From Amoebidium appalachense (taxonomy: Eukaryota; Protista; Ichthyosporea), in assembly GCA_963693365.1 (NCBI GenBank), contig CAVNZM010000015.1, forward strand, positions 1,054,001-1,118,000: a DNA stretch of 64,000 nt, in the 5' to 3' direction. Positions 41,927 through 64,000 of the stretch are shown piece after piece. Position 1 is the first letter of the stretch, and the number at the start of each line of letters is the position of its first letter. The position numbers and the translations under genes are program-made. The notes beneath the pieces are model-generated. The model saw only the letters and a program-made list of their open reading frames with translations. It was not told the origin of the DNA and did no database searches.

Positions 41927-42322
41927 TGATGTATGCGTTAGAGGGTTGGAAATATGGAGGAGACAACAAAGAGCAACAACAAAGCGTCACAAAGGTGGGA
42001 AATCCAAAATCAAACAATTTAAGCGTCAGGCATACGACACTTGAACAGAGCCCTTCATCAGGGGGGTTCCTATGCCTCCACAAAAGCATGGGTTTCGACT
42101 CTTTAACCTCTCGCGCGTGGTTCCCAACCCATACTTTGTTTCAACAGCAATAGGCGAGTCCAAACGTCTTGGCCAAAGACGAGCAGGGTTGTTCAAGAAG
42201 CAGCAATCTAAGAACGCAGAGTCTACAAAATCTGCAAGCCGACAAAAAAAAAAAAAGCAAGCAAGCAGAGAGATAGAGCATAAGCCGGGCTTCTACAAAG
42301 CTCCCCGACTCCCTAACCTATA
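41927..42322 (-). mobile_element. Family B copy 2 (longest), full structured motif at 42040-42197
   Basis: Shares AACCCTGCTCGTCT, TCGAAAC, CCCCTGANGA-N-GGGCTCTG and the GGGGAGCTT..AGAAGCCC hairpin with family A; other sequence is diverged; flanked by G-runs. Confidence 0.8.
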
Positions 42323-42452
42323 GAAAAGAGGGAGGGGGGGGGGTGGGGGGTGGGGGGGGGGGGGGGGGGGGGGGGGGGAAAGGGGGAGGGAAGGAGGGGG
42401 TGTTGTCCTGCAATGAACTATCAACACAGCCAGAGAGGATCCACCTTGGAAC

Positions 42453-57780
<15,328 letters not shown>

Positions 57781-57788
57781 TCTCCACC

Positions 57789-57824
<36 letters not shown>

Positions 57825-57833
57825 GGCGCGCGC

Positions 57834-57906
<73 letters not shown>

Positions 57907-57929
57907 CGTGTGTGTGTGTGTGTGCGCCG

Positions 57930-57962
<33 letters not shown>

Positions 57963-58969
57963 GGCGGAGGTGGGGAACAGGGCGGGTTAAGAAAGGGATG
58001 GTGGTGGTCATGCTGGCAGGGGTAGAGACCGATGGGCTAGGGAGTGCATGGGGATGGGGCAGGAGAACGGGGGAAACAAAGGAATCAATCGCAAGAGTTA
58101 TGGAAGAAGAGCCAGCAGAAGATTACATGCTTGCACATCAAGCAGAACAACAAACCACACAAGGGAGGGAAGAAAGAAGAGGGGGGGGGGAAGAGGGGGG
58201 GGGAAGGGGGGGGGGGGGGGGGGGGAGGGGGGGGGGGGGGCAGGATCCAAAAATTAACGATAAAAAAGAAAAAGCACTTGATCATAAAGCACTCTTCCCG
58301 GTGCCACCACATGAAAAAATACCCGGCCCTTTCCACTTTGACGTTCCCACATCATACACACACTCCCTTCCCTTCCCTTCCGCACAGGAGCACACTCATC
58401 TCCTACATACACGGACCCCCCTCCCCCCCCCCCCCCCCCTTCTCCCCCCTCCCACCCCCTTCCCCTCACCCACCTCAACATAAACGCAAAAGGACCCTGC
58501 AGTCACGGAAACCAGCCTGCAAGAGCGCAATTCAACAGGCACGGACACTAAAAGGCATTCAACATTCATCACAAAGATGCATATATGCGCCACAAACCCC
58601 TAGCCACCCTTTAAAACAAAGATGTTACGGTGCCCCTTGTCCATGAACATTGAATCCGCAAGTTGTGAAGCCTTGGCCCTGTTCTCATGACCCAGCATCC
58701 CTCTCTCCATTTACACTGCCCAATCACCCAAGGATCTTCAGCAAGAGAGAGGAAGAAGAAAAAGAAAGGGGGAAAGGAGGAAAAGGAACCCAGAGGAAGG
58801 GAAAAGAACAACACAGAAGCACGTACCTTAGCCATTTCCACTCACTGAGTGAGCTTACATACATCTTGGGTAGCTGGGAATGTTGCGCAGTGATAGTTCA
58901 TTCGAAAACTCTGTTCTTCTAACAACCATATTCTTCTTTCCCCATGTATTAAAGCCCCAGGAGTGAACT

Positions 58970-59036
<67 letters not shown>

Positions 59037-59211
59037 GTGCGCGTATTCGCGCGGTTGAGTGCTGTAAGTGAAAATGTGTACGCACTGATGTTAATCTCTA
59101 CTCTTGTAATACTTCTACTATAATTTCTACATTGCCATCCAAAGGCAGTTTAAGTGTCGGGCCTTGGCCAGTATGCGTAAGTTCACATGTGTGTGTGAGT
59201 CGCTGTGTGTA

Positions 59212-59244
<33 letters not shown>

Positions 59245-61257
59245 ATGTGCGTGCGTGAGGGTGCTTGGAAGATCAATTCAAACGTCTTCTCGTTGCCCCT
59301 GTTACTCTGTTTTACACCAAAATGCCCTTAGGTGCTCCCACTAACATTCTCCTACGTTCGAACCGTGGTTTTGCCCCTGAAGCAGCTGTGTGCATGTAGC
59401 TGTCTAATGTTTTACCAAGAACATGCCAATTGCACTTCGAATATGTGCACATGTAATATGTCGATACGTTGTTTGTCAATACGTTGCTCTACTTTGGTAA
59501 GCTACTTTGATAACGGAAGACTTGTCGATCTGGGTGCGCACATGCCGTGCTGTAAGTACAGTTGACCGAGAAGGGTGTACATTCAACTATTGGCCAATCA
59601 CGACCAAGGAACATTAAAGACATAAAGGTATACTGTATGCCTTCCCTTGTTCCCTGTCTTGCATTACAACGGAGAAGGAAGTGAAGACTTGTTCTGTGCT
59701 TTGTTAAAAAATTAACCATAAATATACCAAACGATATTTGACATCTAAATATTCTTGTATCATGGTTCTTCATATATGATTTTTATGATAATACTCTTGC
59801 TGCAGTGGGATTCCATGGCCCTGACGGAGGTTTCTTATTCATGGTCTTCTTTAACTAGTCCACAAGTCTCACAGACACGTCATCAGTGCATCACACGTAT
59901 TTAAAATTTTAGCGCGCATTCCTTTCTAGGGTTTTTATGCTTAGCAGGCATAGCGCTAATGTGACTGGTCAATCGGGCAGTGTGGAATGTTCGGGCCGTG
60001 CACGGTACTCTTCCACGTGCAACCTCGATATAGCCAAGGTAGGCGAGAATTCACAAAAAATTGACCTATTATGTTTGATTTAGATCACAAAATGATTTCT
60101 TTTTTGTGCTGTGCTGGTTAGCTGTGTACATGTTCTTCAACCGTTCGGAAGTTACAAGTATTTTTGTCTATTTTATCATTTGGTTTTAACCACTAATTTG
60201 ATTGGGCTCGGGAGTCGGGGCGAGTGCGGCCCGCGGGCAGGGTGTGAAATTTGTTTTTGGTTATGTAATATTAGTGCCATTTTGGCAACTTTCCACCAGC
60301 CTGGATAGCCCTAACAGAGCCAACAATCGGTTTTTTTTTTTGTTTTTTTTTTATATATGATTTTTCTTATTTATTTGGCACTGTCAGGGCCAGTTTTGGA
60401 AAAATTGATGGACCTAACCTCAAAAAGTTAGGGACAATTTTCGTGGACTTCACTTTCACTTCGATCTCGTTCTTCACCATGGCAGGTTTAAAGGCTTTCG
60501 TTTCTTCTTTTTGTGGTGGGAGGGAGTCCCACTCAGGGGAACGTGACTGCAGCGTGTGTGTGGTGTGGCCTGGTGTATTCCTACTGCTGTGAGAGTGTGG
60601 GGGCATCTCCCTTTCGCGGAGTTTCTCGCTTGGGAAGTGGTTTCTTCAACGCCTGGTGGTCCACTGCAACCTATGGTAACTTCTACACTGTCACGCTGTC
60701 TACGCTTCTACGCGACCTATTGGCGGTGGGCTGCTGCAACTTCTTCATCTACTTCTGCGCTGCGTGAGTGGAGGGGCGGCTACTTGGTCGTCGGGGAGCT
60801 TTCCAAGTGACTGCCAGTCCTTAGCCTCCAGTCGTATGGCAATGACCGGGTTTGCTTGCATGCATTCTGTAATTGTGTTTTTCTGTGTGTCCTGCCACAA
60901 CTAGGCCACCTTATCAGAGAGCTAGATGCAGTTTCTCCGGGTTATCTAGGGGCCGGGCCCGTTAGGATTGTTTTTTAGGTCAGATTTGGTCTGCATTGCT
61001 CTTTTAGAGGCTGACTTGCTTGCTGTGCCTCGGTAGGTAGGTTTTGAGGCGGGCCTGTTGGGAAGGAGCAGTAATGATGTCTTCTTGCGGAGTGTGGTCT
61101 GGTTAACATCGATGCATATGACTAGTTGGAGCAAACTAGTTTCACGCATACACGTACACTTAAGGTTTTGCCCGCTGGTGTCCTTTGTCACTTGTCGCTT
61201 TATTTTTATTTCGTAGCTTTGGCAAATTTTTCAGTTCTATTGATGGTTATGTAGCCT

Positions 61258-62498
61258 GTGGCTGCACGTTGCCTTCATCAACGGATCAATAAAACCGAGT
61301 CAAAAGAAAAAATATTTACAGGCCGCTGGCCGCAGCTGCTAGCGCTCAGGCTACTACAGTGTATACACACTCAGCTTCCACCGGTTGGGGACTGTGCGTT
61401 GTATGAAACGCCTCGATTTGATCCAACTCGCAAATACAAACCCAAGCACCTCATAAAGTTAAACAAACAAATTCGCGGTTCTCGCCTCTACCGAGAATAT
61501 TTCACTACAACGTTTTTGTTGAACCAACAACACCGACAACACGATCCTGATTACCTTGCCTTTGTGCGAGAATTGAAAACGGGCGAAGTAACCGATGCAC
61601 ATCGACAGAAACTACGCAGCCACACGAACATTGTCTCCGGAAATATCCAGCACGTCATCGTCCTTTCCAATGAACTGCGTATGCATCTAAACATGCGCAG
61701 ACTTCTTTCCATAGCGGCTCAAACTGGCCAGCCAATCACCATTGCCCCTAGCACAGATACACTTTCCCGCGGTAGGCAAATGACGCACACTATCCAAATG
61801 ACGCTCTCTACAATGCATGACAAAAAAACCAAGGGCTGCTTACATATCTGTTCCTATTAGAGGGACAGCGCCGGCCCGTACATTCTCACCAACAATCGTC
61901 AGCCAGAAAATTCCCATGTTGAATCGGGGCTCTGCAACGGAACCATGTTTGACGAACTCACACACATTGAACGGCATTCGGATGACATACATGTACAGCC
62001 TATCAACACAACCATTTTTGGCTACCAAGTACGTGCGGTATTCCTTACACGTCCGCCAAGATATGTCATACTGCATGCGGAACGTCCAGATCATCCACAG
62101 TTACTGCAACTCGATCCTGGCGAAGTTCCCATTTTTCCAATCACCCAACGGTTTGGAGTGGAAAGTACTCGCCATGAAATCAGAAAACAATACACAACAA
62201 TAAAACGCACACAACTACCACTCACACCGGCATTTGCAATAACGGATTACAACTCTCAAGGTCGAGGAATGCACAGTGTTGGTCTTTGCCTTTCCGGAGC
62301 CTGTCACCAGTCAGCATATGTACAATGCACTCGCATCCACAGTTGGAAGGAAAATATTTAATGTACATTTTGTCTGACTTTGACGTTAACAAGCTGTGTG
62401 CGGAAAAGCCAAGTGATGCACTCCTCAGCTACTACAAAGCATTGGAAGAACAACAAGCTGCCACACTCCTAGAGTTACGCACCCGTGACACATGTTAG
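61258..62498 (+). pseudogene. Frameshifted PIF1-family (SF1B) helicase C-terminal half, Helitron/Helentron-type remnant
   Basis: QLPPV (motif III), LNQQHRQHDPDY..V..L..G (IV), YILTNN..GLCNGT, RTQLPLTPAFAITDYNSQG (V), AYVQCTR (VI), spread over several frames. No Walker A or Rep domain in the window. Confidence 0.8.
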
Positions 62499-62663
62499 TC
62501 CCCCCCCCCCCCCCCCCCCCCCCCCCGCCCCTTCCCCCCCCGCCCCCCTTACACACACACACACACACACACGCACACATACACACACACCGCCCTAACA
62601 GTTCCGCACCTGCAATGCATGTTAGTTTTCCTCCCCCCTTCCCCCCCCCCCCCCCCCCCCCCC

Positions 62664-62694
<31 letters not shown>

Positions 62695-62929
62695 TGCGCG
62701 CGCGCAATCGATAAGACACATACTACAACACGCACTCTTCCCCTTCTCACCCATAACAAAAAATCGAAGACTAAATCCCCCCCCCCTTCCCTCCCCTCCT
62801 CCCCCCCCCCTCCCCCCTCCCCCCCCCCCCCCCCTTTTTCCCTTTCCCATCCCCCTTTCCCTGTCCATATTATCTCTCACACACTTTTCCCGAAGTTCCA
62901 AAATCTATGCTAATGCTTTTCTCACACAG

Positions 62930-63327
62930 ATACCCAACAACAAAATACAGCCAGAACCCTTTTCCGCAACTGTTCACAGCCATCAACACAGCTACCAAAC
63001 TCTGCAGGTATCTAATCCCCCCCCCCCCCCCCCCCGCCCCCCGCTCCCCCCCTCCCCCAATTTTAAGGACACCTTACGTGTCCCACAAGCCCACGTGCCC
63101 TTCATTGTAAGTGTACGTTTTGTATCCCTATGATCTGTTTTAGAGGCCTCACCTCTCCCTCTCCTCTTCTTGCCTTCCCCCTTGCCTTCTCCATATTATC
63201 CCTCACACTCTGAAAATTATACTAATGCTGTTCTTACACAGATGCCCAACAACAAAATGCAGCCGGAACCATTTTCCAAAACACACAGCCACCAACCTCT
63301 GCAGGTATCAAAAATCCCCCCCCCCCC

Positions 63328-63358
<31 letters not shown>

Positions 63359-63542
63359 ACATCCCTCCTCCCCCACACACATCTTCCCCCCCCCCCCCCC
63401 CCCAACATCCCTTCCTCCCCCACACACACTTCTACGTCTGTCTACATCCTATGCGTACCTACCATTAAATAATCTCTCGAACTACTCCTTCCCTCCCCCT
63501 TCCACCCTCCCTTTCCCTCCAAAAAAGAGAAATCTCATACAT

Positions 63543-63574
<32 letters not shown>

Positions 63575-63729
63575 TTCACTTTCAAAGAAATGAACGAAAG
63601 CAAAAGGGAAAAAAACAAAAAAAAACAAAAAAAACAAACAAAAAAACACTGACCTTCTTCTTCATGCAGATACCCAAAAACACCTCAAGTTATCCAACAG
63701 CCAAACCACACAGCAACCTTTCTCTGCAG
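62930..63729 (+). CDS. Three tandemly duplicated symmetric exons of an unidentified gene, probably continuing past the window
   Basis: 62930-63007 (78 nt), 63242-63304 (63 nt), 63670-63729 (60 nt); each has CTAAT/CTGAC, then CAG|AT...CTCTGCAG|GTATC. Confidence 0.55.
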
Positions 63730-64000
63730 GTATCTCCCCCCCCCCCCCCCCCCCCCCCCCCTCCTCGGTCGACTTTTTTAACCGTTCAATTCTGTGTTTG
63801 TGTCGTAAATGCATTCAACCCCCACCTCTCACCCTTTCTCTTTCCCTCCAATCCCCTCATTAACAAGGAATTGTCCCCCCCCCCCCCCCCCCCTCCCCCC
63901 CCCCCCCCCCCCCCCCCGCCCCCCGAAGCCATATTCATGTTCTATGTTGTTGTTTGTCCTTGTTGCATACTCTTTCACCCCATTCTGAACCTCTCCCTCC

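Overview
Intron-rich eukaryotic genomic DNA, probably a unicellular holozoan/opisthokont (inferred from MOB1 intron positions), saturated with (CA/TG)n and poly(C/G) tracts. Most ORF-track entries are microsatellite noise. Manual splicing gives four genes: MOB1 (+, 6 exons, 216 aa), an erlin/SPFH gene (-, 11 exons including a 10-nt microexon, 321 aa), ferritin (+, 5 exons, 174 aa), and an unrecognised ~1290-aa protein with signal peptide, one TM helix and a C-terminal MYND zinc finger (-, ~13 exons). There is also a frameshifted PIF1-type helicase remnant, two MITE-like elements and tandem duplicated exons at the right edge. The main discovery candidate is a family of 5'-truncated, poly(C)-associated retroelement ends (9 clear copies plus fragments). 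They carry a covarying RNA structure that contains every hammerhead-ribozyme core element (CUGANGA, C-GAAA-C, GUU), but in a strand order that is not type I, II or III. Further leads: IRE-like CAGUGU hairpins 3' of ferritin, and (CA)n-abutting 3' splice sites with candidate distant branch points. All structures and gene models were derived by eye and are untested.
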